Positions 27,991-38,349 of a stretch of 64,000 bases of DNA are shown piece after piece. How positions within the stretch are numbered: the first letter of the stretch is position 1; each line of letters opens with the position of its first letter. The notes beneath the pieces were generated by a model. The model made no database searches. It had not been told where the DNA came from and saw nothing but the letters and a program-made list of their open reading frames with translations. This DNA is from an uncultured Bacteroidales bacterium (GTDB lineage Bacteria; Bacteroidota; Bacteroidia; Bacteroidales; JAAYJT01): positions 1,277 to 65,276 of the forward strand of contig CAYGGZ010000010.1 in NCBI GenBank assembly GCA_964349765.1, written 5' to 3'. The position numbers were made by a program, and so were the translations under genes.

Positions 27991-30816
27991 TTACTTGCTT
28001 TTTTTGTCTTTTTTCTTTTGATCCTTCTTTATTTTATCCGAATCTTTATGCGCTTTTTTTGCTGCTTTTTCACGTATAGCTGCCAGTGCGGCTGCCAACC
28101 GTGCAATAGGCACGCGGTAGGGCGAGCAGCTAACGTAATCCATTCCAACCAGATGGCAGAATTCAACTGATGAGGGTTCGCCGCCATGTTCACCACAAAT
28201 ACCAACCTTTAAGTTTGCACGGGTTTGGCGTCCTTTGCGAATTGACATATCAATAAGTTGACCAACACCTTCGCGGTCGAGAATCTGGAAAGGATCGTGT
28301 TTTAAAAGACCTTTTTGCAGATAAATAGGCAGGAATTTTCCTGCGTCGTCGCGTGAGAAACCAAATGTCATTTGTGTGAGGTCGTTGGTTCCAAACGAGA
28401 AAAATTCGGCCGATTCGGCAATACGGTCAGCGATGAGAGATGCGCGAGGCACTTCAATCATTGTTCCAACAAGATACTCAATGCGGTTGTTGCGTTCTGC
28501 AAAAACGGCTTCAGCAGTATCGCGTACAATTTTCTCCTGCAGTTTCATCTCTTCGAGAATACCGGTGAGAGGAATCATGATTTCGGGAATAGCATTGATG
28601 TTGCGCGCTTTCAGGTTTAGTGCGGCTTCGATTATTGCCCGTGCTTGCATTTCGCTGATCTCGGGATATGTGTTGCCTAAACGACAGCCTCTATGACCGA
28701 GCATCGGGTTTACCTCGTGCAGGTCGGCTACTTTAGCACGTATTTCCTCAATGGTGATACCCATCTCATCGGCCATCTCCTTTTGGTTGGCCTCTTCGTG
28801 CGGAACAAATTCATGCAAGGGCGGATCAAGCAAACGAATAGTAACCGGGAGGTCGTGCATCGCTTCAAAAATCCCCTCGAAATCGCTGCGTTGAATGGGT
28901 AATAGTTTATCAAGAGCTTTCCGACGGCCAGTTTCGTCCTTTGCCAGAATCATTTCGCGCATGGCTTTGATTCGTTCGCCTTCGAAGAACATATGTTCGG
29001 TTCGACACAACCCGATTCCCTGAGCTCCAAAATCGCGGGCAATTTTGGCATCGCGGGGCGAGTCGGCGTTTGTTCGAACAGAAAGTCGTGTGTATTTATC
29101 GGCCAGTTTCATCACCTCGCCAAAATCGCCGCTAAGTTCAGGATCTATAGTTTTGATTTGGCCTGAAAACACTTCTCCGGTTGAGCCATTGAGAGAAATA
29201 AAATCGCCCTCTTTATACTTTTTACCTTCAAGAGTCATAGTTCTGTTGCGGTAGTCAATCTGAGCGCTTCCAGCACCGGAGATACAACATTTACCCATAC
29301 CGCGTGCAACAACAGCCGCGTGAGATGTCATTCCTCCACGTGCTGTAAGAATACCCTTTGCTACATTCATGCCACGCAGATCTTCGGGTGAAGTTTCGAT
29401 GCGAACCAAAATAACCTTCTTTCCACTCTCAGCCCATTTTTCGGCGTCGTCGGCAAAGAATACTATTTGGCCGGTGGCAGCGCCTGGAGAAGCAGGCAGA
29501 CCCTTGGCAATAGGTTTAGCTTTTGCAATTGCTTCAGGATCGAAAACAGGATGCAACAACTCGTCTAGTTTATTGGGTTCGACACGAAGCAAGGCCTCCT
29601 TCTTGCTTAACATGCCTTCGCGGAGCATATCCATTGCAATCTTTACCATTGCGGCGCCTGTGCGCTTTCCGTTACGTGTTTGCAATATCCACAGTTTTCC
29701 GTCTTGAATTGTAAATTCGAGATCCTGCATGTCGCGGTAATGCCGGTCGAGCTTTTTCTGATATGCAAACAGCTCTGAATATGCTTTCGGCATTGCCTCT
29801 TCGAGTGATTGATAATTTGAGGCACGTTCCATTTCGCTGATACCAGCCAAAACAGCCCATCTTTTCGAACCTTCAAGAGTGATTTGCAGTGGAGTTCTGA
29901 TTCCTGCTACAACATCTTCGCCTTGTGCATTAATCAGGTACTCTCCATTAAAGAGATTTTCGCCTGTTGCAGCATCACGCGTAAAAGCTACTCCTGTAGC
30001 CGAGTTCAGCCCCATATTGCCGAATACCATTGCTTGTACGTTCACGGCAGTACCCCAGCTTGCCGGGATATTGTGCATCTTGCGATAGTACACAGCACGA
30101 TCGTTCATCCAACTGTCGAATACGGCCATAACCGACCCCCATAGCTGTTCCCAAGGGTCTTCAGGGAAATCGCGACCAGTATTTTTCTTAACAGCATGCT
30201 TGAATCGCTTAACAAGCTCCTTTAGATCGTCGGTATTAAGGTCGGTATCGAGGTCAACTTTTTTTTCAGCTTTCAAATGCTCCAGAATCTCTTCAAACGG
30301 ATCATTTTCCTCTTTTGAGGTTGGTTTAAGGCCAAGCACCACATCGCCAAACATCTGAACAAAGCGTCGGTAAGAATCCCAAACAAAACGTTCATTGTCA
30401 GTTTTTTTAATCAAACCGGCAACAGTGCTCTCATTAAGTCCGAGGTTCAAAACTGTGTCCATCATGCCAGGCATAGATGCACGCGAACCACTTCGAACAG
30501 AGAAAAGACAAGGGTTTTCGGGATTGCCGAATTGGGCACCCATCTCTGCTTCAATCCGTCGCACGTTCTCCTTAACCTCATCCCTTATCAGGTTAACTAC
30601 ATATTCCCTTCCATGGCTGTTATAGAGGGCACACACATCGGTGGTTATAGTAAAACCTGGAGGTACCGGAATGCCAATATTGATCATCTCAGCAAGGTTG
30701 GCTCCTTTGCCACCGAGAAGGTTTTTCATGCTTGCATCGCCATCGGCCTGGCGCCCGCCAAAAAAGTAAACATGCTTTGCGGGACTATGCCTGCTTTCCT
30801 TTTTCGATTTCTTCAT
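27991..30816 (-). CDS. ppdK: Pyruvate, phosphate dikinase, with a Lys-rich C-terminal tail
   Basis: 941 aa. GGKGANLAEM, catalytic-His region GGMTSHAAVVARGMG, and CGEHGGEPSS. The C-terminus is KKAHKDSDKIKKDQKKKDKKSK. Confidence 0.95.
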   Translation of the reverse strand: MKKSKKESRHSPAKHVYFFGGRQADGDASMKNLLGGKGANLAEMINIGIPVPPGFTITTDVCALYNSHGREYVVNLIRDEVKENVRRIEAEMGAQFGNPENPCLFSVRSGSRASMPGMMDTVLNLGLNESTVAGLIKKTDNERFVWDSYRRFVQMFGDVVLGLKPTSKEENDPFEEILEHLKAEKKVDLDTDLNTDDLKELVKRFKHAVKKNTGRDFPEDPWEQLWGSVMAVFDSWMNDRAVYYRKMHNIPASWGTAVNVQAMVFGNMGLNSATGVAFTRDAATGENLFNGEYLINAQGEDVVAGIRTPLQITLEGSKRWAVLAGISEMERASNYQSLEEAMPKAYSELFAYQKKLDRHYRDMQDLEFTIQDGKLWILQTRNGKRTGAAMVKIAMDMLREGMLSKKEALLRVEPNKLDELLHPVFDPEAIAKAKPIAKGLPASPGAATGQIVFFADDAEKWAESGKKVILVRIETSPEDLRGMNVAKGILTARGGMTSHAAVVARGMGKCCISGAGSAQIDYRNRTMTLEGKKYKEGDFISLNGSTGEVFSGQIKTIDPELSGDFGEVMKLADKYTRLSVRTNADSPRDAKIARDFGAQGIGLCRTEHMFFEGERIKAMREMILAKDETGRRKALDKLLPIQRSDFEGIFEAMHDLPVTIRLLDPPLHEFVPHEEANQKEMADEMGITIEEIRAKVADLHEVNPMLGHRGCRLGNTYPEISEMQARAIIEAALNLKARNINAIPEIMIPLTGILEEMKLQEKIVRDTAEAVFAERNNRIEYLVGTMIEVPRASLIADRIAESAEFFSFGTNDLTQMTFGFSRDDAGKFLPIYLQKGLLKHDPFQILDREGVGQLIDMSIRKGRQTRANLKVGICGEHGGEPSSVEFCHLVGMDYVSCSPYRVPIARLAAALAAIREKAAKKAHKDSDKIKKDQKKKDKKSK

Positions 30817-31077
30817 TATTCGATTTATTAGTTTTTAAAAATATATACAATGTTGTTGAATTTTAATTAAATAACCCTGCTTTTGAAAACGAGGTGCAAA
30901 ATTACAAAAAAGATGAATATCGGAATTCTTAAAAAACGATGAGTATTGGTAAAGACAACAAAAAGGTTGAATCTTAGAGCAGGCAATTTTGACAGAAGCT
31001 AATCACCGTTTTCCTGCAACTGGTAAGTGGTCTCAAAATAACCTTGCGCCAAAAACAGCTTCTTGAATGTAAGGTTA

Positions 31078-31173
31078 AACCCAAATTAAGCATTTGACAA
31101 TGCTTAAACGATTAAGTGCTTGTAATCAGCACAATTCTTATGTGGTGATTACAAACACTTAATCTGAGTTTAT
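31078..31173. repeat. Modular palindromic intergenic repeat, copy 4 (modules A+C)
   Basis: aacccaaattaagcatttgacaatgcttaaacg, then attaagtgcttgtaatcagcacaattcttatgtggtgattacaaacacttaatctgagtttat. Module C here is a near-perfect long inverted repeat. Confidence 0.85.
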
Positions 31174-31239
31174 TGCGTTAAGAGTAAAAGTTAGCCCGTG
31201 ATGTTAAAAGCCTGCACAGTTGTTTCGACTACATTTGCG

Positions 31240-31247
31240 GCGCTAAT
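31240..31247 (+). promoter_or_regulatory. -7 box (TAcaTTTG) upstream of the TonB-dependent receptor at 31264
   Basis: tacatttg lies 17 nt before the ATG at 31264. Confidence 0.45.
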
Positions 31248-31263
31248 AATGCAACTTTTCTGA

Positions 31264-33636
31264 ATGATGCTTCTGCTTAAAAGCACTCTTATGAAATATT
31301 TTTCACCAGCTATTATTCTGTTGATATTTCTCGCGGTTCAGCACGATGTTTTTTCCCAGCAATCGCGTTTTACGCTTAGCGGTTTTGTATTTGAGGAGGG
31401 CAGCCGCGAGTCGCTTCCAGGCGTAAATGTTTTTTTTCCTGAAAGCCGCTCGGGAACTTCAAGCAATAATTTCGGATTCTACTCAATCACTTTGCCGGCA
31501 GGGGTTTATCAGGTGGTTTTCTCAAGTGTGGGATTTACTCCACAAGTGTTTGATATAGAGTTGAATAACGATCTGAGATGGGATGTGTTTCTCAAGTCCT
31601 CCATTGAGTTACCGGGTATAGAAGTGACAGGTGAAAGAGTGCCTAATATAACCGAAACGCCTTTGATGAGTGTGATAGAACTTCCGGTGAGGCAGGTTGA
31701 AATGATACCGGCGCTATTAGGCGAGAAAGACGTTCTGAAAGCGATTCAGCTTATGCCCGGTGTTCATAGCGGAACCGAAGGAACGAGCGGTTTTTATGTG
31801 CGAGGCGGCGGAGCCGACCAGAACCTGATTATTCTCGACGATGCCACTGTTTACAATGCCTCGCACCTGTTCGGCTTTTTTTCTATTTTTAATGGCGATG
31901 CCCTGAAAAGCATCCAACTTACCAAAGGCGGCTTTCCTGCCAGATATGGTGGACGACTATCGTCGGTGCTTGAGATGACCATGAAAGACGGGAACATGGA
32001 GCGGTTCACAGGAGAAGGAGGAATAGGGCTGGTGTCGTCGCGCTTAACCCTCGAAGGACCTATCGTTAAGCAAAAGGCTTCTTTCCTGGTTTCTGGCAGG
32101 CGTACTTACATGTTCGACATACTAATCAATCCTTTTATGCCGGAAGATGAAAGATTTGGGTATTACTTTTACGACCTTAACGCAAAAGTAAACTATACGA
32201 TTAATCCTAAAAACCGCCTGTTTGTTAGCGCCTACTCAGGCCGCGACAAGTTTTCGGCAAAATTCAAAGATTTTTTCCAAAGAAGTGAGGTTGGAATGTA
32301 TTGGCAAAATCATACCGCAACTTTGCGTTGGAACCATTTGTTCAATAACCGCTTGTTTTCGAACACATCATTTATTTTCAGCGATTACACAATGAGCATA
32401 TATATGAAAGAAAAGTACCAGCAAAACTGGTTCGAACTTTCATATTTATCGGGAATACGAGATCTATCCCTTAAAACTGATTTCTTTTTCACACCCCATC
32501 CAAATCACACATTTCGTTTTGGTTTTCTAACAACGCTTCACCGGTTTACTCCCAGCGCAGTTGTTCTGAGAGACGATCTCGCAAATGAATTTAAACGGGA
32601 GGTTAACGCTATAAATGTTGTTCAATCGGGCTTGTATATCGAAGACGACATGCGGATCGGCAACCGGATAAAGATGAATGCAGGCATCCGTTTTTCGCAT
32701 TTCATTGATAACGATCGCAATTATTTCAGGCCTGAACCCAGATTAAGCGCCAGCTACATGCTGCGACCCGATTTTGCAGTGAAGGCCTCTTATGCCGAAA
32801 TGAACCAGTATATTCACTTGCTCAGTAATACCGGCCTTGGCCTGCCCACCGATTTGTGGGTTCCAAGTACACGCAATGTACCTCCGCAAACCAGCCGCCA
32901 GGTAGCACTGGGTTTGGCTAAGGATTTGAAAAAGCGAAACCTTGAAGTCTCAATTGAGGGATATTATAAAAAATCTGAAAACACGCTTGGATATACCGAG
33001 GGCGCGAGCTTTTTGCTCATTGGTGATCCTACGGGTGCCGAAGAGGTAAACTGGGAAGAAAACGTTACATCTGGCCAGGCGTGGGCTTATGGCGCCGAAT
33101 TCCTTGTACAACGCAAAACCGGAAGACTCACCGGCTGGATTGGATATACACTTTCCTGGGTGCAGTTGCAGTTCGACGAAGTTAACAACGGAGAAAAGTT
33201 TTTTGCCCGATACGACCGCCGTCACGATATTTCAGTAGTAGCAACCTATGAAATCTCCGACCGGTTGCAGATATCCGGCACATGGGTTTACGGAACCGGA
33301 AATGCCATCACACTCCCGATTGGTGAGTACCCGGTGTTTCCGCACAACAGCTCGTTAAATAACGTTAATGATTATTTTTGGTACCACTTTGTTAACGACT
33401 ATGGAGCGAAAAATAGCTTTCGAATGGCGCCTTACAGCCGCCTCGATTTAGCACTGCAGTTCGTCAGGCAACGCAAACACCATCGCGGCATTTGGGAAAT
33501 AGGCGTTTATAATGCATACAATCGTAAAAATCCATTTTTCTATTTTATGGGATACGACAATTACGAACGGCGTGTATTGAAATACATCACCCTGTTTCCA
33601 ATTATACCTTCCATAACTTATTCGTTCAAATTTTAA
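31264..33636 (+). CDS. TonB-dependent receptor with carboxypeptidase-regulatory-like domain
   Basis: 790 aa. Signal peptide (the real start may be MKYFSP at 31291), FTLSGFVFEEGSRESLPGVNVFF, plug motifs (DVLKAIQLMPGV, FYVRGG), and the terminal ...ITYSFKF. Confidence 0.85.
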   Translation: MMLLLKSTLMKYFSPAIILLIFLAVQHDVFSQQSRFTLSGFVFEEGSRESLPGVNVFFPESRSGTSSNNFGFYSITLPAGVYQVVFSSVGFTPQVFDIELNNDLRWDVFLKSSIELPGIEVTGERVPNITETPLMSVIELPVRQVEMIPALLGEKDVLKAIQLMPGVHSGTEGTSGFYVRGGGADQNLIILDDATVYNASHLFGFFSIFNGDALKSIQLTKGGFPARYGGRLSSVLEMTMKDGNMERFTGEGGIGLVSSRLTLEGPIVKQKASFLVSGRRTYMFDILINPFMPEDERFGYYFYDLNAKVNYTINPKNRLFVSAYSGRDKFSAKFKDFFQRSEVGMYWQNHTATLRWNHLFNNRLFSNTSFIFSDYTMSIYMKEKYQQNWFELSYLSGIRDLSLKTDFFFTPHPNHTFRFGFLTTLHRFTPSAVVLRDDLANEFKREVNAINVVQSGLYIEDDMRIGNRIKMNAGIRFSHFIDNDRNYFRPEPRLSASYMLRPDFAVKASYAEMNQYIHLLSNTGLGLPTDLWVPSTRNVPPQTSRQVALGLAKDLKKRNLEVSIEGYYKKSENTLGYTEGASFLLIGDPTGAEEVNWEENVTSGQAWAYGAEFLVQRKTGRLTGWIGYTLSWVQLQFDEVNNGEKFFARYDRRHDISVVATYEISDRLQISGTWVYGTGNAITLPIGEYPVFPHNSSLNNVNDYFWYHFVNDYGAKNSFRMAPYSRLDLALQFVRQRKHHRGIWEIGVYNAYNRKNPFFYFMGYDNYERRVLKYITLFPIIPSITYSFKF

Positions 33637-33646
33637 TACAAATCAG

Positions 33647-34564
33647 ATGAAGCCATATATCACACCACTTCTTTTCTTCCTTTTAATCACGATTGCCTCT
33701 TGCGAACGTGTGGCATTTGATGCAGATCTGCCTCCCTCCAATCCCAAAGTGGTGATATTTAGTTATATCTCACCGCAGGACGATACCATCAAAGCAAGAA
33801 TTGTTTGGTCAAGACCAATTACTGAGCCTGACTATTCTTGGACACCCAACTGGATTAGCAATGCAGAAGTTATCATACGTCGCGATGACGATTCTGCCTT
33901 AATATTATCGTTCGACCCAAACCTAAAACTATACACGTCTCCTCATCCCAATGGTTTTGTCCGCTCAGGCTCAACATACACGATTGAAGTTACGCCCCAT
34001 GGAGAGAAAACTGTGAAAGCAACAAGCACAGTACCTCCGTTGAACAGCAACCTGCATTTTACACGGCTCGACAGTACTGTGCTGGAATACAGTGTTCGTC
34101 ATCGCTTCAGAATCGAAATAATTGATCCGCCAGGCGAACCCAATTATTACAGGATTATACCGCTGGCAGTAGTAGAAGCTGTATGGAACGGCAATGAACC
34201 GGAGATATTTACTGTTAATGCTGAGATTACGTATGGACAGGAGATGATTTCTTTAGGAGCAAACGATGGTGACACAATTCTAATTGAAGGATCAGTTGAA
34301 ACATACGGGCACGATTACTATTCACAAAACCGTTTGCTTGGGTTTTTCGTTGATCTGTATTCAATTGATGAGCATTACTATCGTTTTTACGATACATATT
34401 ATCGCTACGAAGGCGATAATCCTTTTGCTGAACCTGTAGTTATTTACTCCAACACTGACTACGGACTGGGAATTTTTGCAGCTTACAACAGGTTTTCAAT
34501 GCTTTACCCGGAATTTTTACCTGCAGGCTTTTCAGTGATTACACCGCAGATAGGTATTAAATGA
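33647..34564 (+). CDS. DUF4249-like lipoprotein (usual partner of this receptor type)
   Basis: 305 aa. Lipoprotein signal LITIASC. It starts 10 bp after the receptor gene, and the size and position match the DUF4249 pairing seen in Bacteroidota. Confidence 0.6.
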   Translation: MKPYITPLLFFLLITIASCERVAFDADLPPSNPKVVIFSYISPQDDTIKARIVWSRPITEPDYSWTPNWISNAEVIIRRDDDSALILSFDPNLKLYTSPHPNGFVRSGSTYTIEVTPHGEKTVKATSTVPPLNSNLHFTRLDSTVLEYSVRHRFRIEIIDPPGEPNYYRIIPLAVVEAVWNGNEPEIFTVNAEITYGQEMISLGANDGDTILIEGSVETYGHDYYSQNRLLGFFVDLYSIDEHYYRFYDTYYRYEGDNPFAEPVVIYSNTDYGLGIFAAYNRFSMLYPEFLPAGFSVITPQIGIK

Positions 34565-35020
34565 GAACGGCCAGGAGTGCTTGTCGTCAGCCGGATGATA
34601 TTCGGTGTGAACCAATTGCCAATCAGCCTCATCGTATTCTGGAAAAATAGTATCACCCTCAAAATCAGCCTCCACTTTTGTGAGCATCATTCTGTTGGCT
34701 ATGGGGAGTGCGAGTTTGTAGATTTCTGCTCCACCGGTAATAAACGCTTCCAGATTTGCCGGAATTAAGCTGAGTGCATCAGGCAACGAATGAACAATGG
34801 TTGCGCCCGGGGCGAAGTAATCATGCTGGCGACTAATAACTATCATTTTGCGACCCGGCAGCGGTTTTTCGAACGACTCGAAAGTTTTGCGACCCATAAT
34901 CAGAGCATGACCCATAGTTGTGGTCTTAAAAAAACGTAAATCGGCAGGCAGATGCCAAATCAACTTGTTGTTTTTTCCTATAACCCTGTTTTTTGCTACG
35001 GCTGCTATAATTGTGATCAT
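34532..35020 (-). CDS. folA: Dihydrofolate reductase
   Basis: I take the start at the internal ATG 35020 (MITIIAAVAKNRVIGKNNKLIWHLPADLRFFK...GRKT), giving about 162 aa. The ORF-track start at 35086 would overlap thyA. Confidence 0.9.
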   Translation of the reverse strand: MITIIAAVAKNRVIGKNNKLIWHLPADLRFFKTTTMGHALIMGRKTFESFEKPLPGRKMIVISRQHDYFAPGATIVHSLPDALSLIPANLEAFITGGAEIYKLALPIANRMMLTKVEADFEGDTIFPEYDEADWQLVHTEYHPADDKHSWPFSFNTYLRCNH

Positions 35021-35052
35021 AACATTATTTTTAAACTCGATCAACTGCTGCT

Positions 35053-35844
35053 TTAAACTGCCACCGGGGCTTTGATATGCGGCCAAGGGTCGTAGTCAAT
35101 AAGCGTAAAATCCTCATACCGGAACCCGAAGATGTTTTTTACATCTGGGTTTATAACCATTCGCGGCAATGGGCGAGGCGATCGTGTAAGCTGCAGGTGC
35201 GCCTGTTCAAGGTGGTTAAGATAGAGATGAACATCGCCGAATGTATGGATAAATTCACCGGGTTGAAGGTCGCAAACATGAGCAAGCATAAGTGTAAGCA
35301 ATGAGTAGGAGGCAATATTGAAAGGAACTCCTAAAAATAGGTCGGCACTGCGCTGGTATAACTGGCACGATAATTTACCTTCTGCAACGTAGAACTGAAA
35401 TAAAACATGACATGGTGGCAACGCCATATCATCAAGTTCGCCAACATTCCAGGCACTGACGACGATGCGTCGCGATTGAGGGTTTTCCTTGAGTGTGCGA
35501 ACCGCTTGAGAAATTTGGTCAACGGTTCTGCCACCCGATTCCCAACTGCGCCATTGTTTGCCATACACTGGCCCTAGTTCGCCGGAAGCATTGGCCCACT
35601 CATTCCAGATACTTACTCCGTTGCTTGTAAGAAACCTGATATTTGTTTCGCCTCTCAGAAACCAAAGTAGCTCATACACAATAGATTTGTAATGCAGTTT
35701 CTTGGTTGTGAGTAGCGGAAAGCCTTCTGATAAATCGAAACGCATCTGGTATCCAAAAACGCTCAGCGTCCCCGTTCCTGTCCTGTCGTTTTTATTAATA
35801 CCTTTTGCCAGAACATGTTTCAATAGGTCGTGATATTGTTTCAT
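35053..35844 (-). CDS. thyA: Thymidylate synthase (ThyA)
   Basis: I take the start at ATG 35844 ([12 protein letters not shown]...), giving 263 aa. Motifs DRTGTGT and the active-site LPPCH. Confidence 0.95.
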   Translation of the reverse strand: MKQYHDLLKHVLAKGINKNDRTGTGTLSVFGYQMRFDLSEGFPLLTTKKLHYKSIVYELLWFLRGETNIRFLTSNGVSIWNEWANASGELGPVYGKQWRSWESGGRTVDQISQAVRTLKENPQSRRIVVSAWNVGELDDMALPPCHVLFQFYVAEGKLSCQLYQRSADLFLGVPFNIASYSLLTLMLAHVCDLQPGEFIHTFGDVHLYLNHLEQAHLQLTRSPRPLPRMVINPDVKNIFGFRYEDFTLIDYDPWPHIKAPVAV

Positions 35845-35875
35845 AATTGCAGGGTTCAGGCAGGAATAAACAATG

Positions 35876-37348
35876 TTATCCGAGAATGATACCAATAATT
35901 GTTGCCGAAAATAGCGATGCCAGGGTTCCACCTAACAAGGCACGTATCCCAAATTCAGAGAGTAGTTTACGCTGGTTAGGCGCCAACGATCCAATTCCGC
36001 CAATCTGGATGCCAATTGAAGCAAAGTTGGCAAAACCGCACAGAACATAGGTTGCTATGATAATAGATTTGTTGCAACTGAATGCTCCGGCCTCTTTCAT
36101 CTCCGACAGGCTGATATAACCTATGAATTCGGTCATGATAATTTTTTCGCCCAACAGTTGGCCTACAAGTGTGATATCTGGAGTAGCAACACCGATCAGC
36201 CACATCAAAGGAGCAAATAAATAGCCAAGAATAAACTGAAGCGAAAGTTGCTCATATTGTCCACTCGTGATTGAAGTAATTGCAGCATTTAGATTTGTCA
36301 AATCTCCAATTTTCAGCAGAATATGATTAGCCATTGCAATGAACGCTAAAAATACAAGAAGCATTGCAGCTACATTTATTGCGAGTTTTAGCCCCTCGGT
36401 AGTGCCATTGCTAATGGCATCAAGGATATTACTCCCAATTTTATCCATTGAGATACTGACTTGTTTTTCAATTGTTTCTGTTTGAGGAACGAGAATTTTT
36501 GCTGCAACAATTGCTCCTGGCGCTGCCATCACCGAAGCGGTTATCAAATGTTTGGCGAAAAGCAGTTGCTGTTCAGGATCGGTTCCTCCTAAAAAACTGA
36601 TGTAGGCAGCAAGCACACCGCCAGCCATTGTGGCCATTCCGCCAACCATAACCAAAAATATTTCGCTGCGATTCATTTTGGGCAGATATAACTTGATCAT
36701 CAGAGGAGCTTCGGTTTGCCCCAGAAAAATATTGCCTGCTACTGCAAGACTTTCTGAACCTGAAAGTCGCATGACCCTGGTCATCATCCATGCTAAAGCG
36801 TAAACCAGCTTTTGAATAATGCCAAGATAAAACAAAAGGCTTGTCAGAGCGGAGAAAAAGATAATTGTAGGAAGAACCTGGAAGGCAAATATAAACCCGA
36901 AGGAGTCAACATTCATAAGACCGCCGAGGAGGAATTCACTGCCTGTTTTTGCAAAGTTTAGGATCACAATAAAAATACTTCCAATAAACTCAAACAAATT
37001 CATAACGAACGGCACCTTTAGAACACTAACAGCAAGCAGCGTCTGTATAAAAAGTCCGATGCCAACCACTCTCCAAGGGATAGCTCTGCGGTTAGTGCTG
37101 AAGATAAATGCAAGCGCCAGCAGAACCGCTACGCCCAACAATCCGCGGAGCACGGTTACTATCCTTGATGGGGCTGCCGTTGGTGCATCTAAACTCTTTG
37201 GTTCGGCAGGAGATGTTGCATGAAGTTCAGTTACTTGCTCAACGGTGTCGGCAAAGTTGGTTGATGCAATTGAGTCGTTATGTGAACTCAGCAACAGTGG
37301 AAAAAGAAAAAGTGCAAGCAGGATTAGTGCAGGTAGTTGTTTTGTCAT
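35876..37348 (-). CDS. nupC: Concentrative nucleoside transporter (NupC/NupG family)
   Basis: 490 aa polytopic membrane protein. [31 protein letters not shown] are typical CNT motifs. There is an N-terminal extension with a signal-like segment. Confidence 0.8.
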   Translation of the reverse strand: MTKQLPALILLALFLFPLLLSSHNDSIASTNFADTVEQVTELHATSPAEPKSLDAPTAAPSRIVTVLRGLLGVAVLLALAFIFSTNRRAIPWRVVGIGLFIQTLLAVSVLKVPFVMNLFEFIGSIFIVILNFAKTGSEFLLGGLMNVDSFGFIFAFQVLPTIIFFSALTSLLFYLGIIQKLVYALAWMMTRVMRLSGSESLAVAGNIFLGQTEAPLMIKLYLPKMNRSEIFLVMVGGMATMAGGVLAAYISFLGGTDPEQQLLFAKHLITASVMAAPGAIVAAKILVPQTETIEKQVSISMDKIGSNILDAISNGTTEGLKLAINVAAMLLVFLAFIAMANHILLKIGDLTNLNAAITSITSGQYEQLSLQFILGYLFAPLMWLIGVATPDITLVGQLLGEKIIMTEFIGYISLSEMKEAGAFSCNKSIIIATYVLCGFANFASIGIQIGGIGSLAPNQRKLLSEFGIRALLGGTLASLFSATIIGIILG

Positions 37349-37364
37349 AGCTTAATGTATGAGT

Positions 37365-37973
37365 TTATGTTGTGGTGCCTCGACGTTTACGGAGTTCATC
37401 GCGAATAATTGAGGCCTTTTCGTAATCTTCTGCTTCAACGGCCATTTGCAAAAGCTCCTGAAGTTCTTGCTGCGATAAGGATTCATAGCTTTTAAGTTCT
37501 AAATCATCTTGTTCAGCACCTGCTGCTTCTACAAGATCATCAATATTAAGCCCTGCTTCCTCAAGAATTTCGTCGTAAATGTAAATTGAGCAATTGAAAC
37601 GCAGCGCAATGGCAACGGCATCAGATGTACGCGAATCCACTTCGCGCTCCTTTTTTCCGTCGCTGCATATCAGAACTGCATGGAAAATGCCAGATTCGAA
37701 TTTGTTGATGATTACCTCACGGATAGTGATGCTGTGTGCAATTGCAAAATTTTTAAACAGATCATGCGTCAAAGGGCGTGAAGGTTTTATCTTGTCTAAT
37801 TCCATCGCGATAGAATGCGCTTCAAAGGCTCCGATCACTACCGGAAGCCTGCGCTGACCTCCAACTTCAGCCATCATTAGGGCATATGCTCCGGATTGGG
37901 ATTGGCTGTAGTGCAATCCTTTTACCTCCAGCCTGATTTTATTCTTCATGGGTTTTTTGTTTTCCAGTTTCAC
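37365..37973 (-). CDS. Bifunctional nuclease family protein (DUF151) with C-terminal UVR motif
   Basis: 202 aa. RLPVVIGAFEAHSIA...RPLTHDL...DSRTSDAVAIALR, then a C-terminal ...EDYEKASIIRDELRKR (UvrB/C-like). Confidence 0.75.
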   Translation of the reverse strand: MKLENKKPMKNKIRLEVKGLHYSQSQSGAYALMMAEVGGQRRLPVVIGAFEAHSIAMELDKIKPSRPLTHDLFKNFAIAHSITIREVIINKFESGIFHAVLICSDGKKEREVDSRTSDAVAIALRFNCSIYIYDEILEEAGLNIDDLVEAAGAEQDDLELKSYESLSQQELQELLQMAVEAEDYEKASIIRDELRKRRGTTT

Positions 37974-38226
37974 AACTTAAACTGTTCTGTATATCAGAAC
38001 AATAGTGCTTGTGAGGTTGCGTATTAAATGTGGTCGCGGCTCAGAAATATTTTTGTAAAATTAGAAATTATTGAGTTCGTTATTACGATTTAGAGTGGTT
38101 TTTGAACCGTTTTAATTGCTTTCTTAATGATTGGGGAAACAACCCTTCAAGGTTGTGTGCCTGAAACGATTAAAATGGTTTTGAAAACAGTCAATATTTC
38201 CAACTTTGCCACATGGAATACTTTTA

Positions 38227-38234
38227 TAAATTTG
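38227..38234 (+). promoter_or_regulatory. -7 box (TAaaTTTG) upstream of hppA
   Basis: taaatttg lies about 115 nt upstream of ATG 38350. Confidence 0.4.
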
Positions 38235-38349
38235 CCCGATCATTGGTGCAATCGTTTGCTCCGCATGAGAATTGAAAAACTAATTGTTAAATTACTGAAA
38301 ATTAGACCAATGCTAAAATATGTCGTCACACTAACCCAAAATCAACTTT

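Noticed and set aside
28372-30831. Numerous 60-112 aa ORFs antisense to or out of frame with ppdK. The same occurs within pckA, hppA, gcvP, dnaB, pulA and GH97.
   Set aside because: They are fully nested in strongly supported conserved genes. Their lengths are typical of chance ORFs on the opposite strand of moderately GC-rich coding DNA.
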